IMG/VR virus record: IMGVR_UViG_2778261463_000008
Span: 1 to 8,853 of that record
From: a virus
Taxonomy: Duplodnaviria; Heunggongvirae; Uroviricota; Caudoviricetes
Length of the DNA stretch: 8,853 nt
Reading direction: 5' to 3' (one strand)
Shown here: in pieces, positions 1-7,224 of the stretch
Position numbering within the stretch: the stretch's first letter is position 1
Layout of the letters: the number at the start of each line of letters is the position of its first letter
Notes under the pieces: model-generated
What the model saw: the letters and a program-made list of their open reading frames with translations, nothing else
What the model was told of the DNA's origin: nothing
Databases searched by the model: none
Made by a program: the position numbers and the translations under genes

Positions 1-48
1 CTTCCTAATACAAGAACTACGCAATCCGTTACTGGCGGAGGCGTTGCT

Positions 49-264
49 ATGAAATCCATGGATAAGATAACAACGGGTGTCGCCTATGGCACCTCGGCAG
101 GCAGTGCCGGGTACTGGTTTTTGCAGTGGATTGATCAGGTTAGTCCGTCACAGTGGGCTGCTATTGGTGTGCTGGGGAGTCTGGCACTGGGCTTTCTGAC
201 TTATCTGACGAATCTGTACTTCAAGATAAAAGAGGACCGTCGCAAGGCGGCGCGGGGAGAGTAA
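49..264 (+). CDS. S: Class II holin (pinholin), phage 21 S-type, 71 aa
   Basis: Protein [27 protein letters not shown]... matches my recollection of the phage 21 S holin nearly residue for residue. Dual-start motif Met1-Lys-Ser-Met4 is present (antiholin/holin pair). Two transmembrane segments and a basic C-terminus ([11 protein letters not shown]). GGCGGAGG ribosome-binding site 8-15 nt upstream. Confidence 0.9.
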   Translation: MKSMDKITTGVAYGTSAGSAGYWFLQWIDQVSPSQWAAIGVLGSLALGFLTYLTNLYFKIKEDRRKAARGE

Positions 265-268
265 TTCA

Positions 269-742
269 ATGGAACATAATAATGAAAAATCCAGAGAGCA
301 CTCTGGAAACAGCAAACATTATTCCATTGCTCATTCATTCGGCGGCTTTCGTGATGTAGTCGGACAGGGTGCTGAGAGAGAACAGGAGAGTAATACAATG
401 ACTCAAAACCATGAACTGGTTGTTAAAGGAACCCGAAATTTTGAGAATAAAATTGCGGTGATTTTAACCCTGCGTGACAAAAAGCGTTTTGCCGGTGAGA
501 TATTTGACTTACACATCAACCTTGAACGACAGGAAGGCGCCACTCTGGAGTTTTATGAGTCAGAGGCAATAAAACGGGCAAAGACATTGTTCCGGGATGT
601 TGCTGCAGGGTTATGTGAAGGGGACGAGCTGTCGCCGGAAAAGCGCCCCATAATTTTAGAGGCGCAGAATGTGTGGATAACCTACAAAGGAAAGCTACCG
701 GGAAGAATTACTGGTTCTCTGAAGACTCCGCCGAAATGGTAA
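269..742 (+). CDS. Hypothetical protein, 157 aa, inserted between holin and endolysin (alternative start ATG 398 gives 114 aa)
   Basis: Open frame starting 5 nt after the holin stop, with GGGGAGAG upstream. An internal ATG at 398 has its own AGGAGAG site 7 nt upstream. The product is soluble and charged, with no transmembrane segment and no motif I recognise. The first ~43 residues are low complexity, so the 398 start may be the real one. Confidence 0.45.
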   Translation: MEHNNEKSREHSGNSKHYSIAHSFGGFRDVVGQGAEREQESNTMTQNHELVVKGTRNFENKIAVILTLRDKKRFAGEIFDLHINLERQEGATLEFYESEAIKRAKTLFRDVAAGLCEGDELSPEKRPIILEAQNVWITYKGKLPGRITGSLKTPPKW

Positions 743-980
743 TTTCACCAGCATATTTTTCTTCCAGTAATGCCGCCAGCCACTTGAAAGAATTTTGTTG
801 TTCCTGGGACCATTTGGGGTTGCGTGACTCAAGCAGAAGCGATGCCAGTGTTGGTTGCATTTGTTCTCTGGGAATTGAGAAGGCCAGATATGAAAATGCA
901 ACAGTGAGGGCATTTACATCATCCCGAAGCCTGGAAATGCAGTCGAGCAACTCCTGTAGAGAAATGGTGCTATTGTCCAT
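708..980 (-). CDS. Hypothetical protein, 90 aa, antisense to the late operon and convergent with the preceding ORF
   Basis: Minus-strand ORF starting at ATG 980-978, with GGAGAGG 7 nt upstream. Product (MDNSTISLQELLDCISRLRDDVNAL...) looks like a helical soluble protein. The + strand frame over the same DNA (673..1005) is Ser/Cys-rich and looks non-coding. Its 3' end overlaps the 3' end of 269..742 by 35 bp. Confidence 0.4.
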   Translation of the reverse strand: MDNSTISLQELLDCISRLRDDVNALTVAFSYLAFSIPREQMQPTLASLLLESRNPKWSQEQQNSFKWLAALLEEKYAGEITISAESSENQ

Positions 981-1085
981 AAACAATCCTCTCCATTGTA
1001 TTTAACTATTCCTTGCCTGATTCAACAGGCCGGGACAGATAAACATATCCAGGGTTCAGAAACCGATAAATCCTGATAAATATCC

Positions 1086-1619
1086 ATGAACGCAAAAATC
1101 AGATACGGCCTGTCGGCTGCCGTTCTGGCACTGATTGCCGTCGGTGCGCCCGCGCCTGATATTCTCGACCAGTTTCTGGATGAAAAAGAAGGTAACCACA
1201 CAACGGCATACCGCGATGGTTCCGGTATATGGACCATCTGTCGTGGTGCCACAATGGTGGATGGTAAGCCCGTCATACCGGGAATGAAGCTGTCGAAGGA
1301 AAAATGCGACCAGGTTAACGCTATTGAACGTGATAAGGCACTGGCATGGGTGGAGCGCAATATTAAAGTACCTCTGACCGAACCACAGAAAGCGGGTATT
1401 GCGTCATTCTGTCCCTATAACATTGGCCCCGGTAAGTGTTTCCCGTCGACGTTTTATAAGCGGCTTAATGCCGGTGATCGAAAAGGCGCCTGCGAGGCGA
1501 TTCGCTGGTGGATAAAGGATGGTGGGCGCGATTGCCGCATACGTTCAAATAACTGCTATGGACAGGTTATTCGTCGTGACCAGGAAAGCGCATTAGCCTG
1601 TTGGGGGATAGATCAGTGA
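1086..1619 (+). CDS. R: SAR endolysin (T4-lysozyme-like, GH24 family; phage 21 R / P1 Lyz type)
   Basis: N-terminal Gly/Ala-rich weakly hydrophobic signal-anchor-release segment ([19 protein letters not shown]). Catalytic triad spacing E...D...T in FLDEKEG / YRDGSG / IWTICRG. Sits where the endolysin is expected, upstream of Rz/Rz1. Confidence 0.9.
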   Translation: MNAKIRYGLSAAVLALIAVGAPAPDILDQFLDEKEGNHTTAYRDGSGIWTICRGATMVDGKPVIPGMKLSKEKCDQVNAIERDKALAWVERNIKVPLTEPQKAGIASFCPYNIGPGKCFPSTFYKRLNAGDRKGACEAIRWWIKDGGRDCRIRSNNCYGQVIRRDQESALACWGIDQ

Positions 1620-2083
1620 GCAGAGTCGCCGCGATTATTTATGCTCTGGTTATCTGCATCATCGTCTGCCTGTCGTGGGCGGTCAATCATTACCGTGATA
1701 ACGCCATCGCCTACAAAGAACAGCGAGATAAAAAAGTCAGTGAGCTGAAGCAGGCGACCGCCACCATTACTGACATGCAGCAACGCCAGCGTGCTGCTGA
1801 TGTACTCGATGCTAAATACACGAAGGAGTTGGCTGATGCGAAAGCTGAAAATGATGCTCTTCGGCGCAAGCTTGATAATGGTGGTCGGGTGCTCGTCAAA
1901 GGAAAATGCTCTGTGCCATCCTCAGCCGAAACCTCCAGCGCCTCCGGCATGGGCAATGATGCCACCGTCGAACTCTCTCCAGTTGCTGGACGAAACGTTC
2001 TCGGTATCCGGGACGGAATTATCCGCGACCAAACAGCACTGAGAACGCTTCAGGAATATATCAGGACGCAATGCCTTCGATGA
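1616..2083 (+). CDS. Rz: i-spanin Rz (inner-membrane spanin subunit)
   Basis: GTG start overlapping the endolysin stop (GTGA). N-terminus [34 protein letters not shown] closely resembles lambda Rz as I recall it. One N-terminal transmembrane segment followed by a coiled-coil periplasmic domain. The ORF track extends to a TTG at 1601, which I consider less likely. Confidence 0.85.
   Translation: MSRVAAIIYALVICIIVCLSWAVNHYRDNAIAYKEQRDKKVSELKQATATITDMQQRQRAADVLDAKYTKELADAKAENDALRRKLDNGGRVLVKGKCSVPSSAETSSASGMGNDATVELSPVAGRNVLGIRDGIIRDQTALRTLQEYIRTQCLR
1836..2042 (+). CDS. Rz1: o-spanin Rz1 (outer-membrane lipoprotein), embedded in the +1 frame of Rz
   Basis: ATG at 1836 with AAGGAG 7 nt upstream. 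Signal peptide with lipobox VVGC. Pro-rich mature region ([16 protein letters not shown]) comparable to lambda Rz1. Lies entirely inside Rz. Confidence 0.8.
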   Translation: MRKLKMMLFGASLIMVVGCSSKENALCHPQPKPPAPPAWAMMPPSNSLQLLDETFSVSGTELSATKQH

Positions 2084-2223
2084 TAGCGATAATTTTACTC
2101 ATCATCCTTCACATTTGGCTCTGTAGACAGGGTGGTGATCACTTCTGGAGTGAATCCAGATTAAACATCTCATTGCTGATGCTTGAAGTTGAGCATCTGG
2201 CGCGCGGTAAGGGGCTGCGTTGA
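2080..2223 (+). CDS. Possible small membrane peptide, 47 aa
   Basis: ATG overlaps the Rz stop (ATGA), suggesting translational coupling. Product [47 protein letters not shown] has a hydrophobic N-terminal helix. A terminator hairpin lies ~35 nt downstream. No clear ribosome-binding site and many rare codons, so confidence is low. Confidence 0.25.
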   Translation: MIAIILLIILHIWLCRQGGDHFWSESRLNISLLMLEVEHLARGKGLR

Positions 2224-2257
2224 AATAAGAGCCAGTCATTAAAAATACCTGGATTTA

Positions 2258-2283
2258 GCCTCGCATTCGCGGGGCTTTTTATT
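2258..2283 (+). terminator. Rho-independent terminator (7-bp GC-rich stem, loop ATTC, T5 tract)
   Basis: GCCTCGC-ATTC-GCGGGGC followed by TTTTTATT, read directly from the sequence. Confidence 0.45.
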
Positions 2284-2292
2284 GCCATTACA

Positions 2293-2318
2293 AAAGCCAC
2301 TCCCTACAGAGTGGCTTT
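2293..2318 (-). terminator. Perfect 10-bp inverted-repeat hairpin, possibly a minus-strand or bidirectional terminator
   Basis: AAAGCCACTC-CCTACA-GAGTGGCTTT. On the minus strand it is followed by a short T run. It sits back-to-back with the + strand terminator, between convergent small ORFs. Confidence 0.3.
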
Positions 2319-2364
2319 GATAATGGCTTATACCCTACACGGGATAACTTAACTGATATCCCTT

Positions 2365-2541
2365 TTAACGGATAAAGGTATTCAAGCCTGACACATCATG
2401 CGCTGTATCGTCGCCGTATTCCCGTATTAACAGAGACCGTAGCCCGACGGGGAACTCCTTCTGCGCGAGTGTGCGGGAATAATCAAAAACGATGCACACC
2501 GGGTTTTTACCGCGTTTATGGTTCGCGGGTTTGTCCCTCAT
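2365..2541 (-). CDS. Possible small protein, 58 aa
   Basis: Minus-strand ORF translated by hand: MRDKPANHKRGKNPVCIVFDYSRTLRQKEFPVGLRSLLIREYGDDTAHDVSGLNTFIR. Weak ribosome-binding site. Followed on the minus strand by the 2293-2318 hairpin. Occupies the position that bor-type accessory genes take between Rz and cos in lambda. Confidence 0.25.
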   Translation of the reverse strand: MRDKPANHKRGKNPVCIVFDYSRTLAQKEFPVGLRSLLIREYGDDTAHDVSGLNTFIR

Positions 2542-2708
2542 GCTCGCCAGTCCTGTGCGGGGGTGGAAGAAACAGGATACTCACACAGATTCTTGTGGGC
2601 ACGATGCTATTCCTTTCTGGATTATCCCGATGCCATTCATGCAAGGCGCTGTATCAGACGTTCGTCATGGCTGTCAGGCTGACGGGTCCTCCCGGTGGGG
2701 TGGCCTGC

Positions 2709-2907
2709 CACGGGGCGGGAGCGTCGCGGAAAAAGGCTGGTTTTTGCATTTCCATGGCGGCGGCAGCATGTTTGGTAATTTATTGATAATTAAAAGTTAT
2801 TTCTCTTTTTACCTGTACAATATTTTTTCTCCCTGTCATTAGACCAGTTTGCAATTAATTGAAATATATAAATAAACATGATTTTCATCTGCCAGATGGA
2901 GTTGCTT
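2709..2907. other. cos site: cosN-like nicking region (~2711-2729) plus AT-rich cosB-like region up to the small terminase start
   Basis: ACGGGGCGGGAGCGTCGCGG resembles the lambda cosN region ACGGGGCGGCGACCTCGCGGG as I recall it. It lies ~190 bp upstream of the small terminase start, the same spacing as cosN to Nu1 in lambda. An AT-rich stretch with IHF-like sequence follows. Predicted 12-nt cohesive end GGGCGGGAGCGT at 2713-2724. Confidence 0.5.
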
Positions 2908-3444
2908 ATGTCAAATGTGAGCGGGATCGGTGATGCTTATTACTGGAGTGTTTTTAAAATCGCTGAGGCCTTTGGGCTTCACCGGGACACAGTAAAAAAA
3001 CGGCTCCTCGCGGCCAACACTCCTGTGGCTGCGACTGTCAGGGGGAACCCCGTTTACGCCCTGCAGCATGTCGGGCCAGCCCTGTTTAGTGTGAAGCATG
3101 AGGCAGCAGACTCTGTTCATGATCCATCCCGTATGGAGCCGAAAGAGAGAAAGGACTGGTACCAGTCTGAAAATGAAAGGATCAAGCTGGAAAAGGAGCA
3201 GCGAAAACTCATCCCCGTTGATGAAGTAGTCATCGTCTATTCGTCCATGAGAAAGGCTGTCGTCCAGGTTCTGGAGACAATTCCGGATGTTCTTGAACGC
3301 GATTGCGCCCTGACTCCTCAGGCCGTCGGCGTTGTACAGCAGGCCATTGATGACCTGCGATACACTCTTCAGGAAAAATCCTACGAGGCTTGTGCTGCTG
3401 AATTAATTCCTGATGAGGAAGGAGAGAGTCTCCAGGAGGAATAA
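2908..3444 (+). CDS. Terminase small subunit (lambda Nu1-like)
   Basis: Immediately downstream of cos and upstream of the large subunit; its stop TAA is directly followed by the large-subunit ATG. N-terminal helix-turn-helix-like region, acidic C-terminus. GGAG 7 nt upstream of ATG 2908. The ATG at 2878 listed in the track has no ribosome-binding site. Confidence 0.8.
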   Translation: MSNVSGIGDAYYWSVFKIAEAFGLHRDTVKKRLLAANTPVAATVRGNPVYALQHVGPALFSVKHEAADSVHDPSRMEPKERKDWYQSENERIKLEKEQRKLIPVDEVVIVYSSMRKAVVQVLETIPDVLERDCALTPQAVGVVQQAIDDLRYTLQEKSYEACAAELIPDEEGESLQEE

Positions 3445-5543
3445 TGGGTTTTTCATCAGCGCGAAATTTGGGAAGGGACATATCGGCAGGATTTTCCCCA
3501 CCACGTCGCATGCCGATTTCGGAGGCTGTTAAAAAATTCATGCGTGTTCCCAAGGGGGCTGGTAACTCGGTGCCATGGGATCCTGAACTGACACCCTACA
3601 TCATTGAGCCCATGAACTGCCTGGCATCGCGTGAATACGATGCGGTGATTTTTGTTGGTCCTGCGCGAACAGGGAAGACCATTGGTCTGATCGATGGATG
3701 GATTGTCTATACCATCGTTTGCGATCCTTCGGACATGCTCGTTGTGCAGATGACCGAAGATAAGGCCCGCGAGCATTCTAAAAAGCGCCTCGACAGAACG
3801 TTCAGAAGCAGTGCGGCGGTAAAGAAAAGAATGAGTCCACGTCGTAACGACAATAATGTCCATGATAAGACGTTCAGGGATGGCTCGTTCCTTAAAATTG
3901 GTTGGCCCTCGGTCAACATTATGTCGTCGTCGGATTACCGGTTTGTCGCCTTAACCGATTACGACCGTTTTCCGGAGAATATCGACAGCGAGGGTGATGG
4001 TTTCTCCCTGGCCTCAAAACGTACCACCACATTTATGTCCGCCGGGATGACTCTGGTGGAGAGCTCGCCGGGACGTGACATCTGCGACAGCAAATGGCGA
4101 CGTAAGTCGCCTCATGAAGCGCCACCGACGACTGGTATTCTTTCCCTTTACAATCGTGGTGACCGCCGCCGCTGGTACTGGCCATGTCCGCACTGCGGTG
4201 AATATTTTCAGCCAGCCATGGATGCCATGACCGGCTACCGTAATGAACCGGATCCCTTTAAAGCCAGTGAGGCGACGTATCTACTTTGCCCGCACTGCAG
4301 CGGCATTATCACTGCGGAGAAAAAGCGTGAGCTCAATAGTGCAGGAGTCTGGTTACGTGAAGGTCAGGTCATTGATCGTAACGGCAACGTTTCCGGTGAA
4401 CCGCGCCGCTCCCGTATCGCCAGTTTCTGGATGGAAGGGCCAGCTGCTGCGTATGAGACCTGGGCGCAACTGGTTTACAAATTACTGACTGCAGAACAGG
4501 AGTATGAAGCGACAGGAAGCGAAGAAACACTCAGGGCGGTTATCAACACCGACTGGGGATTGCCTTATCTTCCCCGCGCCAGCATGGAGCAACGAAAAAG
4601 TGAACTGCTTGAGCAGCGGGCAGAGCCAGTTCCTTCACGCAGTGTGCCGGATGGCGTTAATTTCCTTGTGGCGACAGTGGATGTGCAGGCGGGACGTCAT
4701 CGCCGTTTTGTGGTTCAGGTAACGGGCTATGGCAGTCGTGGCGAACGCTGGATTATTGATCGTTACAACATCACGCAGTCATTGCGCGGTGACAGCGACG
4801 GGGAGAGCCAGCGAATTGATCCGGCCAGCTATCCGGAAGACTGGGATGTCCTGCTGACGGATGTTTTTCATAAAAGCTGGCCGCTGGCCTCCGATCCTTC
4901 TCAACAAATGCGACTGATGGCAATGGCGGTGGACTCCGGCGGTGAAGACGGGGTCACTGATAATGCCTATAAATTCTGGCGTCGTTGCCGTCGTGATGGA
5001 CTTGGTAAAAGTATTTACCTGTTTAAGGGCGACAGCATCCGGCGAGCAAAACTGATCACCCGTACATTCCCTGATAACACCGGACGAACGGGCCGACGGG
5101 CGCAGGCCGCAGGTGATGTGCCACTCTGGCTTCTTCAGACGGATGCCCTGAAAGACCGGGTTAATAATGCGTTATGGCGTGATTCACCGGGTCCCGGCTA
5201 TGTGCATTTTCCTGACTGGCTGGGGAGCTGGTTTTACGACGAACTGACGTATGAAGAGCGGAGCAGTGACGGAAAGTGGAGCAAACCAGGGCGGGGGGCT
5301 AACGAAGCCTTTGACCTGATGGTGTATGCCGAGGCTCTGGTCATTCTGCATGGTTACGAGAAAATTCAGTGGCCGGATGCGCCGGAATGGGCATGCAGGG
5401 AAACCTGGCTGGAGTGCGTCAGTGATAACACTGAGCAACCTGTTCTGCCGGAGCCAGTGCTCCAGCCGGACAGAAAAAAGAAACGAAAAAAAACGGTACC
5501 CGATGAGGAAAATCCCTGGGTGACTTCCGGAGGATGGTTATGA
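3444..5543 (+). CDS. Terminase large subunit (lambda gpA family)
   Basis: 699 aa. Walker A motif VGPARTGKT (nt 3657-3680). Two CPHC motifs (WPCPHCGEYF and LCPHCSG) as in lambda gpA. AGGAGG ribosome-binding site 4-5 nt upstream. Lys-rich C-terminus. Confidence 0.92.
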   Translation: MGFSSARNLGRDISAGFSPPRRMPISEAVKKFMRVPKGAGNSVPWDPELTPYIIEPMNCLASREYDAVIFVGPARTGKTIGLIDGWIVYTIVCDPSDMLVVQMTEDKAREHSKKRLDRTFRSSAAVKKRMSPRRNDNNVHDKTFRDGSFLKIGWPSVNIMSSSDYRFVALTDYDRFPENIDSEGDGFSLASKRTTTFMSAGMTLVESSPGRDICDSKWRRKSPHEAPPTTGILSLYNRGDRRRWYWPCPHCGEYFQPAMDAMTGYRNEPDPFKASEATYLLCPHCSGIITAEKKRELNSAGVWLREGQVIDRNGNVSGEPRRSRIASFWMEGPAAAYETWAQLVYKLLTAEQEYEATGSEETLRAVINTDWGLPYLPRASMEQRKSELLEQRAEPVPSRSVPDGVNFLVATVDVQAGRHRRFVVQVTGYGSRGERWIIDRYNITQSLRGDSDGESQRIDPASYPEDWDVLLTDVFHKSWPLASDPSQQMRLMAMAVDSGGEDGVTDNAYKFWRRCRRDGLGKSIYLFKGDSIRRAKLITRTFPDNTGRTGRRAQAAGDVPLWLLQTDALKDRVNNALWRDSPGPGYVHFPDWLGSWFYDELTYEERSSDGKWSKPGRGANEAFDLMVYAEALVILHGYEKIQWPDAPEWACRETWLECVSDNTEQPVLPEPVLQPDRKKKRKKTVPDEENPWVTSGGWL

Positions 5544-5752
5544 ACCAGAATGATATTGAAGCCATGATCCAGCGTTATATCGATGCGGAAATGGCAGTTC
5601 TGGACGGAAAATCCGTCACTTTTAATGGTCAGCAGATGACCATGGAAAATCTGTCCGAGATCCGACGGGGGCGTCAGGAGTGGGAGCGGCGTCTTGCTGC
5701 CATGACTGCGCGGCGACGGGGGGATCCGGGATATAAACTGGCGAGGTTCTGA
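5540..5752 (+). CDS. Head-tail joining protein (lambda gpW-like), 70 aa
   Basis: Small ORF between terminase and portal. ATG overlaps the terminase stop (ATGA), with GGAGG 6 nt upstream. Its stop overlaps the portal ATG (TGATG). Size and position match lambda gpW. The ATG at 5534 is an alternative start. Confidence 0.75.
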   Translation: MNQNDIEAMIQRYIDAEMAVLDGKSVTFNGQQMTMENLSEIRRGRQEWERRLAAMTARRRGDPGYKLARF

Positions 5753-6657
5753 TGGCAATTCTGGATGATGTGATTGGTGCTTTTTCACCAGGCTGGAAAG
5801 CTGCGAGGTTGCGGTCAAGAGCATTAATTCAGGCCTATGAGGCAGTGAAACCTACCCGCACACACAAAGCCCGACGGGAAAACCGTTCTGCCGACCAGCT
5901 CAGTAAGTACGGGGCGGTATCCCTGCGGGAGCAGGCCCGTTTTCTGGATATCAATCATGACCTTGTCATCGGTGCTTTCGACAAGCTTGAGGAGCGGGTG
6001 ATTGGCGCAAAAGGGATCATTGTTGAACCCCAGCCATTACTGAAAAACGGTGATATGGCTACAGACCTGGCAATGATTATCCGTCGTTTGTGGGCGGAAT
6101 GGTCTGTCAGCCCGGATGTGACCGGGCAGCATACGCGCCCCATGCTCGAGCGTTTGTTGCTGCGTACCTGGTTACGTGATGGTGAAGTGTTTGCCCAGAT
6201 GGTCAGTGGTGCAGGGGCCGGACTGGTGCGGACTGCCGGCGTGCCTTTCTGGCTCGAGGCAATGGAGCCGGATTTTGTACCCATGTTCAGTGATGAGTCT
6301 GCGGGAATGAATCAGGGGGTTTTTCTGGATGAGTGGGGCAGGCCGAAAAAATACCTGGTTTATAAAAATTATCCGGTCACCGGGCGACAGAGTGATACCA
6401 AAGAGATCGCCGCTGAAAATATGGTGCATCTGAAGTTTACCCGCCGGCTGCATCAGACGCGTGGCACATCCATGTTGTCAGGTGTGCTGATGCGGATCAG
6501 CGCGCTTAAGGAATATGAAGATTCCGAGCTGACAGCGGCGCGCATTGCTGCAGCACTGGGGCTGTATATCCGTAAAGGAGACGGGCAGGATTATGAGGCC
6601 CCCGTTCTTCCCATTCTCCTGACAGTTACCGAGTCCATACGGGAACACACAGACTGA
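5752..6657 (+). CDS. Portal protein (lambda gpB family), N-terminal fragment, disrupted at ~6613
   Basis: Aligns with recalled lambda gpB through a shared ...QTRG... block up to ...EAPVLP (residue 287, nt 6612). The last 14 codons (ILLTVTESIREHTD) and the stop are non-homologous read-through into the junction. The portal C-terminal half is found on the opposite strand at ~8200-8807. Confidence 0.85.
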   Translation: MAILDDVIGAFSPGWKAARLRSRALIQAYEAVKPTRTHKARRENRSADQLSKYGAVSLREQARFLDINHDLVIGAFDKLEERVIGAKGIIVEPQPLLKNGDMATDLAMIIRRLWAEWSVSPDVTGQHTRPMLERLLLRTWLRDGEVFAQMVSGAGAGLVRTAGVPFWLEAMEPDFVPMFSDESAGMNQGVFLDEWGRPKKYLVYKNYPVTGRQSDTKEIAAENMVHLKFTRRLHQTRGTSMLSGVLMRISALKEYEDSELTAARIAAALGLYIRKGDGQDYEAPVLPILLTVTESIREHTD

Positions 6658-6667
6658 AAGGGGGGCA

Positions 6668-7138
6668 TCATGAACCACCCCGATCGCCTTTTTCGCCCTT
6701 CGGCCCCTGAGGTCCTGCCGGGCCACGCTCACCTGTATCACCCTTTGGCCCCTGAGGTCCCGGCTCTCCCTTTTCTCCTCTCGGGCCCGTGTCCCCCTTT
6801 TCTCCCCTGGCACCACCAAAGTTAATCCTGACAGCGACGACATCACTCCCGGTACCAGCCTCTTCCCAGACAACCCCGACCAGCGGATCAGAGCCGCTGT
6901 TAGTCAGCTGAACTTTTCCGGACTTCAGATAAACCTTCTTACCCGTTTTCATATCATCCGTTTTCAGCTTAGGCAGCATAAACACACCTTCGGTCATGCC
7001 GTCGCCTGTTTCACCCTGTGGAATATCGGTCAGCGCCACCGCAAAAACATCACCCACCTGCACCAGATCTCCGCTGCTGATGGCTGCACTGGCAACAATC
7101 GCCACCGTTTTTCCTTCTTCTACAAAATTCTTTGCCAT
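6668..7138 (-). CDS. Head decoration-like protein (DUF2190 family) with C-terminal collagen-like Gly-X-Y repeat tail, 156 aa
   Basis: ATG at 7138 with GGAGA 7 nt upstream. N-terminal ~110 aa ([30 protein letters not shown]...[15 protein letters not shown]) matches the DUF2190 pattern. The C-terminal ~45 aa is uninterrupted G-X-Y ([43 protein letters not shown]). Confidence 0.8.
   Translation of the reverse strand: MAKNFVEEGKTVAIVASAAISSGDLVQVGDVFAVALTDIPQGETGDGMTEGVFMLPKLKTDDMKTGKKVYLKSGKVQLTNSGSDPLVGVVWEEAGTGSDVVAVRINFGGARGEKGDTGPRGEKGEPGPQGPKGDTGERGPAGPQGPKGEKGDRGGS
6696..6760. repeat. Direct repeat of a 45-bp unit inside the collagen-like coding region
   Basis: CCCTTCGGCCCCTGAGGTCC (6696-6715) and CCCTTTGGCCCCTGAGGTCC (6741-6760) are 19/20 identical and 45 bp apart, which is five G-X-Y triplets. 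Confidence 0.7.
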
Positions 7139-7185
7139 AACTGTCTCCACACAGCCCCGTTCAGGGGCTGATTTCAGGTACAAAA

Positions 7186-7204
7186 AAAGCCCTTACGGGC
7201 CATC
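7186..7204 (-). terminator. Weak Rho-independent terminator or attenuator after the 521-aa ORF
   Basis: On the minus strand: GGCCC-GTAA-GGGCT (5-bp stem including one G-U pair) followed by TTTTTTTG. It sits between the stop of 7225..8790 and the start of the decoration gene. A second 7-bp hairpin (CAGCCCC-GTTCA-GGGGCTG, 7152-7170) has no T tract. Confidence 0.3.
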
Positions 7205-7224
7205 AGAGTTGTTGTCTGCGATGT

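Noticed and set aside
153-398. ORFs 153..359 (+) and 201..398 (-) overlapping the holin gene and its downstream region
   Set aside because: They overlap a confidently identified holin in alternative frames or antisense; no support.
673-1005. + strand ORF of 110 aa in the holin-endolysin insert
   Set aside because: Ser/Cys-rich low-complexity translation. The minus-strand frame over the same DNA looks more protein-like and has a strong ribosome-binding site.
1022-1360. Minus-strand ORF of 112 aa antisense to the endolysin
   Set aside because: Fully overlapped by the endolysin gene; typical antisense shadow ORF.
1601-1615. TTG start for Rz at 1601 as given in the ORF track
   Set aside because: The GTG at 1616 overlaps the endolysin stop and gives an N-terminus (MSRVAAII...) matching lambda Rz. 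The extra five codons are unlikely to be translated.
2469-2842. Two overlapping + strand ORFs (2469..2786 and 2492..2842, 105 and 116 aa)
   Set aside because: They run across the predicted cosN/cosB region, have Cys/Gly-rich odd composition and no ribosome-binding site. Most likely chance open frames in GC-rich non-coding DNA.
3230-6453. Several antisense or alternative-frame ORFs inside the terminase, gpW and portal genes (for example 3456..3863, 4243..4488, 5366..5824, 5955..6284)
   Set aside because: All lie within confidently assigned coding regions on the other strand or frame; none has a convincing start context.
6613-6640. Resemblance of the left junction (TCCTG...ACCGAG) to Gin/Hin-type invertase crossover sites
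   Set aside because: Alignment to gix/hix needs indels, there is no matching inverted partner at the right junction, and no invertase gene is in the window. More likely an illegitimate or microhomology-mediated inversion.
6478-6873. Minus-strand ORF of 131 aa overlapping the collagen-like region in another frame
   Set aside because: It is the G-X-Y repeat DNA read out of frame (Arg/Glu-rich) and spans the inversion junction.
7138-7183. N-terminal extension of the decoration gene to 7183 ([15 protein letters not shown]...)
   Set aside because: The ATG at 7138 has a well-spaced GGAGA and gives the canonical MAKNF... N-terminus. The extension would include the upstream hairpin.
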